This document shows, one piece after another, positions 1 through 9,226 of a stretch of 41,102 nucleotides of DNA. The notes beneath the pieces were generated by a model. It saw nothing but the letters and a program-made list of their open reading frames with translations, did no database searches and was not told the origin of the DNA. Each line of letters begins with the position of its first letter. The first letter of the stretch is position 1. The stretch comes from Promethearchaeota archaeon (GTDB taxonomy: Archaea; Asgardarchaeota; Lokiarchaeia; Sigyniarchaeales; SOKP01): NCBI GenBank assembly GCA_016930515.1, contig JAFGGO010000021.1, positions 1 to 41,102 on the forward strand, read 5' to 3'. The position numbers and the translations under genes were made by a program.

Positions 1-215
1 ATTTTTAAATAGTAGTTATTTCCCTCTGTCTTCATTTCAAGTACCTTACCGTCGTTTCCCTGGACATACCTCATTATATTATCGGCGGCCTCGCAAAAAT
101 CGCCAGATATTTCCAAAATGTCTCCTTTATCCATTTCTGTCATTTTCTTTTTTGTTCTTGCTACTGGTAAGGGACACACTAATCCAGAACAGTCTAATTT
201 GTGATTATTCGGCAT
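1..215 (-). CDS. tusA: TusA/SirA-family sulfur carrier protein (3' end runs off the window)
   Basis: Manual translation from ATG at 215: MPNNHKLDCSGLVCPLPVARTKKKMTEMDKGDILEISGD... This carries the TusA signature LD-x-GL-x-CPxP. Not in the ORF track because it is truncated. Confidence 0.85.
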   Translation of the reverse strand, partial: MPNNHKLDCSGLVCPLPVARTKKKMTEMDKGDILEISGDFCEAADNIMRYVQGNDGKVLEMKTEGNNYYLK

Positions 216-229
216 TTATAAACAACTCC

Positions 230-586
230 TTAATTGGATAAAACAGTATCTGCATCCACTACCATTTCTAGCAAGCCGTTCATGGTCGTTTTTTCAATAC
301 CGTCTATCAACTCTTCTTCGCTCATTCCCCTGGCTTTCATGCAAACACCGCAGGCCTTCACGTTTGCACCTTCTTCTATCACGTCTTTCATCCACTTTCC
401 GACGTTGTCGTAGGTGCTGGGATTTTGTCCTTTTTTTCCTACGAAAATTCCATCTTCTACCAAGAAAATGTGTACCTTGTGGCCTTCTAAAAGAGCAGTG
501 TAGGCGAATCTAAGCATGGTGTAGGGTCTTTCCTTGGTGTAAGCGTTGTCGCCAATAATAACTGTAAATGTTTTTTTATCTGTCAT
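230..586 (-). CDS. DsrE/DsrF-like family protein
   Basis: Pattern IFLVEDGI...VKACGVCMKARG...ADTVL is typical of DsrE (CxxC...ARG). It lies 14 bp upstream of tusA on the same strand. Confidence 0.85.
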   Translation of the reverse strand: MTDKKTFTVIIGDNAYTKERPYTMLRFAYTALLEGHKVHIFLVEDGIFVGKKGQNPSTYDNVGKWMKDVIEEGANVKACGVCMKARGMSEEELIDGIEKTTMNGLLEMVVDADTVLSN

Positions 587-727
587 TTTTCGTATTTTTT
601 AAAATAAATCAAGTATATATTAGATAATTAGGGAAATTCTGAATCATATTAATTTTTTTGTGTATATTTATTGATAAAATCGATATATTAATAATCGGTG
701 CAATCTAATTCTTAATTATTACTTAAA

Positions 728-1645
728 TTGGTGAAGAAAATTAGAACTCGTTTTATCCGAAATTTTATCAAGCTCACGCAATATAAAAGAGCTAATTTTT
801 CAAAACTAGCAAGCGACCTCTCGATTTCTCAAAGCACGCTTTCAAATCAAATTTTCCAACTTGAAAAGGAGCTTGGCGTCATGCTCATTGATAGAACCAC
901 TCGATCGTTCAATTTAACACGAGCGGGCGAGATATTCCTAAGATACGCAGAAAAAATCGTGGAAATAGAGGACGAGGCAATTAAAGAACTATCCGAGCTG
1001 AAACAAGAACATTCCGAAACGATTCTGATTTCTGCATCCACGCTTCCTGGAACTCAAATAATTCCAAAATTCCTAGCAAATTTTAAACTAAAAAATACCC
1101 TCGTGAATTTCAAGGTCGTCATTAACAACTCCCAAAGATCTATTAACCTTTTACAAAAAGACAACGTAGATTTCGCAGGTATAGGAAGTTACATGAACCA
1201 ACAAAATGAGGAATTCGATCATCTATTGCTTGGTACCGACGAGCTTGTTTTCATATGCTCCCCGCACCACGAATTAGTAAGAAACGGAGCCGATAACGTC
1301 CTTTTTTCTGAATTGGTCAAATTTCCCTATGTTAGCAGGGAAAGAGGATCTGGTACTCGAAACATTATCGAAAACCAATTTAAAGGATATACACGCCTAC
1401 AGATGGGTTTAGAAATCAACGATAACGATTCGATCGTTTCAACTGTTACTGATAGTTCTTATATCGCGATCGTGAGTAAAAAAATAGCGAAAAAGGCAGA
1501 AAAAGCGGGTTTAATTAAAATCATTACGGTCAAAGAGTACCCAACTGTCGCTCGAAGGAACATATATCTTTTAAAATTGAAAAACAAGGAATTAACGAAA
1601 ATAAAACAAGATTTTTGGGATTACATCATGTCTCAGAACGCATGA
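728..1645 (+). CDS. LysR-family transcriptional regulator (CysL / selenium-metabolism-associated type)
   Basis: N-terminal HTH NFSKLASDLSISQSTLSNQIFQLEKELGVMLIDRTTR...LTRAG. The effector domain has ASTLPG and RERGSGTR. Divergent from dsrE-tusA. Confidence 0.9.
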   Translation: MVKKIRTRFIRNFIKLTQYKRANFSKLASDLSISQSTLSNQIFQLEKELGVMLIDRTTRSFNLTRAGEIFLRYAEKIVEIEDEAIKELSELKQEHSETILISASTLPGTQIIPKFLANFKLKNTLVNFKVVINNSQRSINLLQKDNVDFAGIGSYMNQQNEEFDHLLLGTDELVFICSPHHELVRNGADNVLFSELVKFPYVSRERGSGTRNIIENQFKGYTRLQMGLEINDNDSIVSTVTDSSYIAIVSKKIAKKAEKAGLIKIITVKEYPTVARRNIYLLKLKNKELTKIKQDFWDYIMSQNA

Positions 1646-1688
1646 CGGTTGAAAAAAGGAAAAAAAAAAATCGAAGAAAGATAAATAT

Positions 1689-3155
1689 TTACTTCTCGAA
1701 TCCCGAACCTTTGTCAAAATTCAACAATCCGGAAAATTGCTGCTTTATTGGATAAATACCTTTTACTAAGGTATACATGTATATAACGACAAATAGTATA
1801 GATCCAATTTGGGGAACAAGACCCGTGAGGTAATCAACGCCAGTCATAGAGGTGGGATCTAGGGTAAAGATTGAATATGTCAAAAGTAATACTGACACGA
1901 CTATGGATGCAATGGAAATAACAATTGCGGTACCCTTGTTTAGGTTCACCGATAATGGCCCTAATTTTAACTTGAAATGCTTCGGTTGAACAATGATGCT
2001 CAAGATCGTGTGGGAAAGCAATTCGCCCTCGAAATGGATGTACACGTTCAAAAAACGCCGTTCGCTTTCTTTCATCTTTTTGAGTCTTTCGGATTTGGTT
2101 GGCATGACGGAAAAGATCATGACGGGGGGGTTTACGGCGTCCTTTTTTACTTCCACGCGTCCGGCAAGCGGGTGAACCTCGAAATCTTCTCCTTCGATTT
2201 TCAAGTCGAGAATGGGGGGCTCCTTTTTCTTGGTAACGATCTTTATCGTCGTGGTGTAAACCGTTTTTCCTTCTTCGTCCATTATTTTTAGCTCTTGGTG
2301 CGAGAAATACACGTAAAACAAGTAACTTCGCCTTTCCATCATTACAGAATAGTATTGCAAGCCCATGTTAATGTTGTATTCGGTTTGAGATGGAGCAGGT
2401 TGTTCTTCGAGCCTTCTCATGGTTGTTGAATCCGCAATTGTGGGACTTAGGGGTGCACCAGGTGGTCCACCAGGTGCGCTTGGTGGAGGTGGTGGTGCGG
2501 GAGAGTAGGATGCTTTAGGTGTGCCTCCACCACTAGGAGGAGGTGGTGCCTTGGGTGCTCGATCCCTTTCTATTTCGGCGCTGCTTTCTTCCAACAACTC
2601 TTCCTCCACGCTTTCTTTTGCAAAATAAGATTCGCCCTTTTTCGTGCCAGTATCTTCTTTTTTCTTCATGTCGAATAATCCATCGTCTTCCGTGTCAAAA
2701 GATCTAAAATCCTCCCTGGAACTTCTCGTGGGGCGTGGTGCGGTCATTGCTTTTTTAGCCTTTTCTTTCGCTACCTTCTTTAATTGCGGTTTCGCTTTTT
2801 TTGATTCTTCTTTTTTTTCTGCTGGAGGTCCCAAATCGCTCGTGGTAGGCATTTTGGGAGATTCAACCTTCATTTTCAACAAGGTCTTTAATTTCGTGTT
2901 TCCGTGTAATTTTTGTTGGTTCGAACCGTCGAAAAAATACACGTCCTCCCTATCGATCTTTGCGCCTTTTTCCTCCAGCACCTTGTTAATGTCGTTTAAA
3001 ACGGTGCTAATTCTCGTGGTTTTGGCATAGTTTCCGATAAAGGTAAACCCTGGCAGTTCGATGGCAAGCACTTTAGATTTTTTATTGTAAGTTATCTTGT
3101 TGATCTCAATCCTGAGCTCTGAAATTGATTGTAAAGTATCCATTTTTATGTTCAC
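1689..3155 (-). CDS. Hypothetical membrane-anchored protein with a charged disordered region, polyproline tract, beta-rich domain and two C-terminal TM helices
   Basis: 488-aa ORF. Contains APPPPSGGG and PAPPPPPSAPGGPPGAP, with hydrophobic segments TAIVISIASIVVSVLLLTYSIF and LVPQIGSILFVVIYMYTLV. Confidence 0.8.
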   Translation of the reverse strand: MNIKMDTLQSISELRIEINKITYNKKSKVLAIELPGFTFIGNYAKTTRISTVLNDINKVLEEKGAKIDREDVYFFDGSNQQKLHGNTKLKTLLKMKVESPKMPTTSDLGPPAEKKEESKKAKPQLKKVAKEKAKKAMTAPRPTRSSREDFRSFDTEDDGLFDMKKKEDTGTKKGESYFAKESVEEELLEESSAEIERDRAPKAPPPPSGGGTPKASYSPAPPPPPSAPGGPPGAPLSPTIADSTTMRRLEEQPAPSQTEYNINMGLQYYSVMMERRSYLFYVYFSHQELKIMDEEGKTVYTTTIKIVTKKKEPPILDLKIEGEDFEVHPLAGRVEVKKDAVNPPVMIFSVMPTKSERLKKMKESERRFLNVYIHFEGELLSHTILSIIVQPKHFKLKLGPLSVNLNKGTAIVISIASIVVSVLLLTYSIFTLDPTSMTGVDYLTGLVPQIGSILFVVIYMYTLVKGIYPIKQQFSGLLNFDKGSGFEK

Positions 3156-3421
3156 TTAAATGCATGATGTTTTAAAACAAGTAAGATAAAGTACTTAAAT
3201 TTGTTTATGGTTTTTGCAAGGAAACTGGTGTTATAAATTTAATTTTTCTAAATAATATATTTTTAGTCTGGATTCATCGATTTTAAGGATCTGACGGCTT
3301 TTCCTCGATACCTAAAACAATAAAGTTTAATTATTTTCATATATTTAATTAGATTAGATCGTTTCGAATTATCAAATGATCAAGATACTTAACGGAAAAA
3401 AGAAATAGGTTGTTGTAAGAA

Positions 3422-3685
3422 ATGCCTACAGGCCAAGTAAAATGGTTTTCAAATAAGAAAGGCTTCGGGTTTATAAACTCTGAAGAGGGCGAAGACATCT
3501 TCGTTCATTTTTCTGCCATTCAGGTAGACGAAGGAGTTTTTAAAACCTTGTACCAAGACGATAAAGTTGAATTTGAGGTCGTCGAAGGAAAGGACGGCAG
3601 GCCTCAAGCGAATAACGTCGTCGTAACGGAAAAAGCTCCACGCAAGAAATTCTCGAGAAAGAAACCTCAAAAATCCGAGAATTAA
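3422..3685 (+). CDS. Cold-shock domain protein (CspA family) with basic C-terminal tail
   Basis: [15 protein letters not shown] (RNP1), DIFVHFSAI (RNP2), GRPQANNV. Confidence 0.95.
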   Translation: MPTGQVKWFSNKKGFGFINSEEGEDIFVHFSAIQVDEGVFKTLYQDDKVEFEVVEGKDGRPQANNVVVTEKAPRKKFSRKKPQKSEN

Positions 3686-3911
3686 AAACATGAGCTTGGA
3701 GCGAGAAGTATCAAATAGCAAGTAAACGATATAAAATCGTATTCTTAAGTTTTTTTTCGTATATTATTTTTCTCATTCTCTTATTTATTCAATATATTTC
3801 AATTATCAACTTTATATAGGAATAAAAAAACAAATTAAATGAAATGATGAAAAGAACATGAATAAATTATCTTTAGGATTCTTTTTTTTAAAAATTATTT
3901 TACCCAAATAT

Positions 3912-4154
3912 TTATTTATTATCGTAAATCACTTCAAAAACGGAAAAAGACTTTTCTATTTCTTTCACTTCGAAAATTCTTTTAAAAGCTGTAAATTTAT
4001 CTCCTTGGCCGCCTCCAAACCTTACGATGGTTCCCTCTTGATTGACAGAAAATTTAACATGACCCGGTTCTTCAATTTCTAATATTTTAATTTCCAAATC
4101 TCCAACTTTTTGCGATTGCCCTTTTTCAATTTTTAATTCAGTCATTATAATCAC
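3912..4154 (-). CDS. Small hypothetical protein
   Basis: 80-aa ORF with protein-like composition and alternating beta-strand pattern; no recognised motif. Confidence 0.55.
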   Translation of the reverse strand: MIIMTELKIEKGQSQKVGDLEIKILEIEEPGHVKFSVNQEGTIVRFGGGQGDKFTAFKRIFEVKEIEKSFSVFEVIYDNK

Positions 4155-4346
4155 TACTATTAAATAATTCCTTGGCGGATGTTAAAGTTTACCCTATTTT
4201 AATTCTTTTATAAAAAAACCTGAAAAATAATTTCTTAAATTTGTGATAGACTTCTTAATCTTCACATATTACCCAATCATTTCAAAGAAAACCAATTGTT
4301 GCCTCCTACCATGGCATGTTGATATTCTCAAAATAATTGTATCGGT

Positions 4347-4757
4347 TTAATAAATTGATGATTTTGTATAATTTGAAAATAATTCAAAATATTTCTTTTT
4401 TTCAAATTTAAAATCAGTTGTATGTTCATATAAGCAAAATTCTTCGGGAGTTTCCCAACCAAAAGATTTCCAGATTATCAAATTTTCTTTCTCTTCAATA
4501 TCAACTGTTATGGAACCACACCATATATCACCGCAGTAAGAACATACATACAGCCTACATCTTCCTGATTCTAATTCAGGTTTCTTCTTAAGCGTTAATT
4601 CTTTAATGGCTTCTTTCCTATCATAATAATTGCCAGAACTTAAAACACAGACCTCACCTTCAACTTTCAAAATCTCAGACAAGTTTTTCCCTGAAACAAA
4701 AAAATCAATAAATTTTTTTTTTCCTTTTTGTATATGCCCTATTTTTAATGTCTGCAT
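4347..4757 (-). CDS. Hypothetical protein with CxxCGDxxCG motif
   Basis: 136-aa ORF containing LYVCSYCGDIWCGSITVDI...IIWKSFGWE, a probable metal-binding cluster. Confidence 0.7.
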   Translation of the reverse strand: MQTLKIGHIQKGKKKFIDFFVSGKNLSEILKVEGEVCVLSSGNYYDRKEAIKELTLKKKPELESGRCRLYVCSYCGDIWCGSITVDIEEKENLIIWKSFGWETPEEFCLYEHTTDFKFEKKKYFELFSNYTKSSIY

Positions 4758-5116
4758 GCATTTAAGCTCTCAAATTTTTAACTAATTACCAGTAACACAA
4801 TAAATATTGGATTTCTATTATATGTTTAGAAGAATGGGTTTGCATGACATGTCTTTCTCATTCATTTTATGATAGTAATAATTCTTCACTAATTGTAATA
4901 AAATTATTATAGTAAAAAAAACAAGAGTATAAGACCTCTCATCATAATATCTAAAAGTTCTATAGTTTTCTCAAGTATTTTATCGTCATTTCATTATTCT
5001 ACGATTAAAATAATACAATATTTATTGTGTATATAAGCAACAAGAATGTCTTTATTTAAAAATTACAATATCTTATTGGGTTTCAAATTTTTAAATGGTT
5101 TCGTTCATTATAGATA

Positions 5117-7453
5117 TTGATTACGGTGATAAAAGATTTTGAAGAGTTCATCCAATATTTACAATCAGAAGAATATTATCAAGAACAAATTTCATACGTA
5201 CAACACATCCCTGCTAGAAAAGCGATTTACGGGGAGGTTGACAAGCCTTTAAGGAAGAGATTGACCCGCTGGATGGAAGCACATGGATTGGAATTATGGA
5301 AACATCAGGCCAAAGCCATCAATTCGATAAGAAAAGGCCAAAACACGGTTATCGTTACGTCTACGGCTTCAGGAAAGTCTTTATGCTACAATTTGTCCGT
5401 TTTAGACGCGATTTTAAACGAACCAAGTACCACGGCTTTATATGTTTTTCCAACAAAGGCTCTAGCGCGAGACCAGCACGCCACGCTTCAAAAAATGATG
5501 AAGGAAACAAACATTAAAACAACGCGAGTGGGAATTTACGACGGTTCGATTGAACCCAATGAGAAACGCTTCGTTCTAGATAATGCAAATGTAATCATCA
5601 CCAATCCCTTCGGGCTCCACCTTTACTTGCCGTGGTTTAAGAAAAAATGGCGCCGAATTTGCCAAAATTTGAAGTTTATTGTTCTTGACGAGGTGCACAC
5701 TTACAAGGGGATATTTGGCTCCAATTTTGCGATGCTCATGCGGCGCTTATTGCGGATTTTATCTTATTATGGCGTGAAACCGCAATGGATCTTATCCAGC
5801 GCAACGATTAACCACCCAAAAAAGTTTGCTGAAAAGCTCGTTGGGGAAGTTTTTAGCGTGATCGATAAAGACGACTCGCCAATGGGACCCAAGAAAGTGA
5901 TTTTGTGGGATCTACCATACGACGAAATTTCCGAAAAATATCGTTCTTCGCACCAAGAAACGAAGAATTTATTCGTGAGTCACTTAAAAAAGGGAATCCA
6001 AACACTGATGTTCACTCAATCTCGTAAAATGGCGGAATTGCAAGCAATTTGGGCCAAGCAGAGCTTGCCAGAAATGGGTGAATTCGTGGCGAGTTATCGG
6101 GCGGGCATTAGCAAGAAAAAAAGGAAGGAAATCGAACATGCGCTAAAGACTAACAGGATAATGGGGGTCAGTTCTACCAACGCACTCGAATTAGGGATCG
6201 ATATAGGTTCTTTGGACGCCACGATTTGTTCTGGCTTTCCCGGAACGATTTCCAGCTTCTGGCAACAAGTTGGGAGGGCAGGTCGTGGTGAAAATTTGTC
6301 GATATCGACCTTAATACCAATGCAAGATCCGTTAGACTTGTTTTATGTGCACAATCCCGACTTGCTTTTCGGTCCCAACCAAGAAGAAGTCCTCATAACT
6401 CTAAAAAATAGATACATCATTAAAAATCACCTATGTTGCGCCGCAAAAGAGATTCCCCTGAATTCAGCCGAATATTCCGCATTGGGAATGGATTCAGAAG
6501 AAGAAATGCGTTCGTACTTGGATGAATTGGTTAAGGATTCCTTGCTCTTAACGAGGGCTGGTAAGTATTACTGGCGGGGTGATTTCTTTCCAAACGAGAG
6601 ATACACCTTGAGTAACTTATCGGACAAAAACTATAATATCTTTTTAAGAGGATTTTCTAGCGAGGAATATCTAACAACAGAAGACGAAAGTTACGTGTTT
6701 AGGGACTTACATCCCGGTGCCGTCTATCTATACGAGGCAGAGACATATGTAGTTGACGACCTGGATTTGCTCAATAGAAGGGTTTACATAAAGCGAGCAA
6801 ATGTGGATTATTACACTCAATCTCTCAAGCACACGGATATAAAACCTCTTGAACTGCTAAGAGAAAAGAACGAGGCTGGAAAGGAACCTTTAAAGGTATT
6901 CTTCGGTACCGTGAAAGTTTCTCACGAGTATCATTCTTATAAGATCGTCGACACATTGACCCAAGAAACTCGCTCCAGAATTCCTTTGAATGATATGCCT
7001 ATCGTCGAATTCGAAACACAATCGGTTTGGTTTCTCGTCCCCTTTGAGTTCCAAAAAGCCTTAGAACTTGAAGGTTACGATCTTGGAGGGACCGTTCACG
7101 CAGTTGAGCACGCGATGATCGCCATGGCTCCCGCATTGGCTCAAATATCGAGGTGGGATTTGGGAGGCGTGTCGATCGATTTCGATCCCATCAATCAACA
7201 ACCTATCATCTTTATATACGACGCTTTTCGGGGTGGTATTGGGATTTCAGAACTGTTATTCGAACACATCGTTGAATTAATGAAGTTAGCGAGAAACTTG
7301 ATCAAAACCTGCAGTTGTACGAGCTCGAATGGTTGTGCGTGCTGTGTGATGTCGCCAAAGTGCGGAAATATGAACGACCCCCTTGATAAAAAAGGTGCTC
7401 TATTCATGTTGAATCTGATACTCCGACAATCAATAAATAAAAAAAAGGATTGA
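5117..7453 (+). CDS. DEAD/DEAH-box helicase with C-terminal DUF1998 (MrfA/Hrq1/SftH-like)
   Basis: TSTASGKSLCYNL, FPTKALARDQ, DEVH, SSAT, TNALELGIDIG, QQVGRAGR, HAVEHA, IYDAFRGGIG, and C-terminal CSC..GCACCVMSPKC. Confidence 0.92.
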   Translation: MITVIKDFEEFIQYLQSEEYYQEQISYVQHIPARKAIYGEVDKPLRKRLTRWMEAHGLELWKHQAKAINSIRKGQNTVIVTSTASGKSLCYNLSVLDAILNEPSTTALYVFPTKALARDQHATLQKMMKETNIKTTRVGIYDGSIEPNEKRFVLDNANVIITNPFGLHLYLPWFKKKWRRICQNLKFIVLDEVHTYKGIFGSNFAMLMRRLLRILSYYGVKPQWILSSATINHPKKFAEKLVGEVFSVIDKDDSPMGPKKVILWDLPYDEISEKYRSSHQETKNLFVSHLKKGIQTLMFTQSRKMAELQAIWAKQSLPEMGEFVASYRAGISKKKRKEIEHALKTNRIMGVSSTNALELGIDIGSLDATICSGFPGTISSFWQQVGRAGRGENLSISTLIPMQDPLDLFYVHNPDLLFGPNQEEVLITLKNRYIIKNHLCCAAKEIPLNSAEYSALGMDSEEEMRSYLDELVKDSLLLTRAGKYYWRGDFFPNERYTLSNLSDKNYNIFLRGFSSEEYLTTEDESYVFRDLHPGAVYLYEAETYVVDDLDLLNRRVYIKRANVDYYTQSLKHTDIKPLELLREKNEAGKEPLKVFFGTVKVSHEYHSYKIVDTLTQETRSRIPLNDMPIVEFETQSVWFLVPFEFQKALELEGYDLGGTVHAVEHAMIAMAPALAQISRWDLGGVSIDFDPINQQPIIFIYDAFRGGIGISELLFEHIVELMKLARNLIKTCSCTSSNGCACCVMSPKCGNMNDPLDKKGALFMLNLILRQSINKKKD

Positions 7454-7603
7454 ATTGTTAAAATAATATCATTTTTATTATTCTAGATCGACGATCAAGT
7501 TCGTGCTTTTAATACGGGTTTTATTTTTTAAGTTTAACATTTTTATATATAGGGGTTGTATATTATCTTAAAAATAACAGGGAAGTTAATTTTATTACCT
7601 GCA

Positions 7604-8137
7604 ATGATGTACGAAAAAACGTTTAAGATTATAGTCTTTGGAGACGCGGGCACGGGTAAAACGACATTAACCCATAGGTTTTTGACGAACCTGTACATAC
7701 CGGACGCTGCTTCGACGATTGGCGTGGAGTTCCAAATTAAAGCCGTTGAGGTTGCTGATCAAAGGGTCAAGCTTCAAATTTGGGATTTTGCTGGCGAAGA
7801 ACGGTTTCGCTTTCTTTTACCATCTTATGTGAAAGGCGCTAGTGGCGGGATATTCATGTACGACATCACGAATTACGCATCGCTCGCTCATATCGACGAA
7901 TGGTTCGAGATCATTAATAAAAACAAGTCCGTGGAAAAGTTTCCCATAATTGTTGTTGGTGGCAAGTCAGACCTTACTCATTTTAAAGAGGTTTCTACCA
8001 AGAAAGCAATGAAATTAGCAAAAGAAAAGCAAGCCAACGGTTTTGTCGAATGTAGTAGCAAGACCGGTGAAAATGTGCAAAAAATCTTTAACATGCTTAA
8101 CAAGCTCATAATTGAAAACGCTCTTTGGGCCAAGTAA
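7604..8137 (+). CDS. Rab-like small GTPase
   Basis: GDAGTGKT, TIGVEF, LQIWDFAGEERFR, GGKSDL, ECSSKTG. Start moved to the in-frame ATG at 7604. Confidence 0.92.
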   Translation: MMYEKTFKIIVFGDAGTGKTTLTHRFLTNLYIPDAASTIGVEFQIKAVEVADQRVKLQIWDFAGEERFRFLLPSYVKGASGGIFMYDITNYASLAHIDEWFEIINKNKSVEKFPIIVVGGKSDLTHFKEVSTKKAMKLAKEKQANGFVECSSKTGENVQKIFNMLNKLIIENALWAK

Positions 8138-8301
8138 CCTCTTTTCTATTTTACATGCAAGTTTTAACGACTGCTATATTTATTCGCATGAATTTAAAAC
8201 CGTTAAAAATAGTTAACATGTTGTGTTATTCGTTAAAGAATAATATCGTATTAAAGATTTATTAATTAAAAATGAAAAAAACTCAGTCATTAAAGTTAAT
8301 T

Positions 8302-8982
8302 TTATAATTGATAATGACCCATGAGAATGCCAACTAGATAATCCAACATGTCCACGAAAATCGTATCTGGTTTCGATTTTTTTCCGAATTTGATGAAAAA
8401 ACACGAAAAACGAATGCGTGATCCATTTTCTTGTTGAATTATTAAGAGAGGCGCGGGAATTATATAAGTATGAATAGTACTCGTGTTTCCACTCTGGGTT
8501 GTATCGTTAAAAGCAAATGGTGCTTTGTTTATTACTTTCATGAAATCTTCTTTATTATTTAATATCTCACTAACCGCATCGTATTTTCCATTCAAGTGAG
8601 ATGTATCAATCAAATCCGCAACGCGCTCGTCTGAGTATACTTCTGGTTTTTCGTAAGGAGCAAAACGCCATCTTTTGATTAACTTTTTTCCTACTTTTGC
8701 CCTCCCCAGTCCTATTTCAGTATGGTATTTATAAGGCAAGATTACATCAACATGAATGATTGCCATAGGCTTTTCTATTTCAAAATATAATCTAAAACCT
8801 GGAAGATGAAGGCCCTTGCAAGTACACATGAATGTGTAATCGTCGATTTCCTCAAATTTTTCGACATTGTTCGTCCAAAAATTAGACTTTTCTAACCAAT
8901 TATATATTTTTTGAGTATTTTTTTCTTTTTCTTTTTGTTTTTTCTGGATTTTTTTTTCTGCTTTTGTACTCATTGCTTTCAC
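8302..8982 (-). CDS. Hypothetical protein
   Basis: 226-aa ORF with a Lys-rich N-terminus; no recognised family. Confidence 0.7.
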   Translation of the reverse strand: MKAMSTKAEKKIQKKQKEKEKNTQKIYNWLEKSNFWTNNVEKFEEIDDYTFMCTCKGLHLPGFRLYFEIEKPMAIIHVDVILPYKYHTEIGLGRAKVGKKLIKRWRFAPYEKPEVYSDERVADLIDTSHLNGKYDAVSEILNNKEDFMKVINKAPFAFNDTTQSGNTSTIHTYIIPAPLLIIQQENGSRIRFSCFFIKFGKKSKPDTIFVDMLDYLVGILMGHYQL

Positions 8983-9226
8983 ATTATTTTAAACTTTAAT
9001 TAAAATCTCACATTAAAATTATTTATTAAATCCATTTGGCATAAAACTGAACTTTTCTTCAATCATTTTTAAAACTACAATCTAATAAACAACAATAAAA
9101 GAACGGATATTTTTTGGCGATTTTTGAATTTACACTCCCACTATTCTTATTTTTTTGTATAAGATATATATGCGTGCGTTTTTTCTATGTTTTTATTACA
9201 AATTAAAAAAAGAATGATGAATATTC

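Noticed and set aside
1-1645. Selenocysteine (UGA) recoding in tusA, dsrE or lysR
   Set aside because: The active-site positions are ordinary Cys codons, dsrE ends in TAA, and readthrough of the LysR TGA gives only a short A-rich tail. No SECIS was recognised.
1977-3030. Plus-strand ORFs inside the 488-aa gene, and similar antisense ORFs in other long genes
   Set aside because: They are antisense shadows with Phe/Ser-rich composition mirroring Lys/Glu codons, and have no motifs.
3385-3712. GATACTT / AAGTATC complementarity flanking the csp gene
   Set aside because: Only 7 bp in AT-rich DNA, which is expected by chance.
5117-7453. DISARM/Druantia-type defence system suggested by the DUF1998 helicase
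   Set aside because: It is a stand-alone MrfA/Hrq1-type fusion with no methylase, PLD or other defence genes adjacent; a repair role is more likely.
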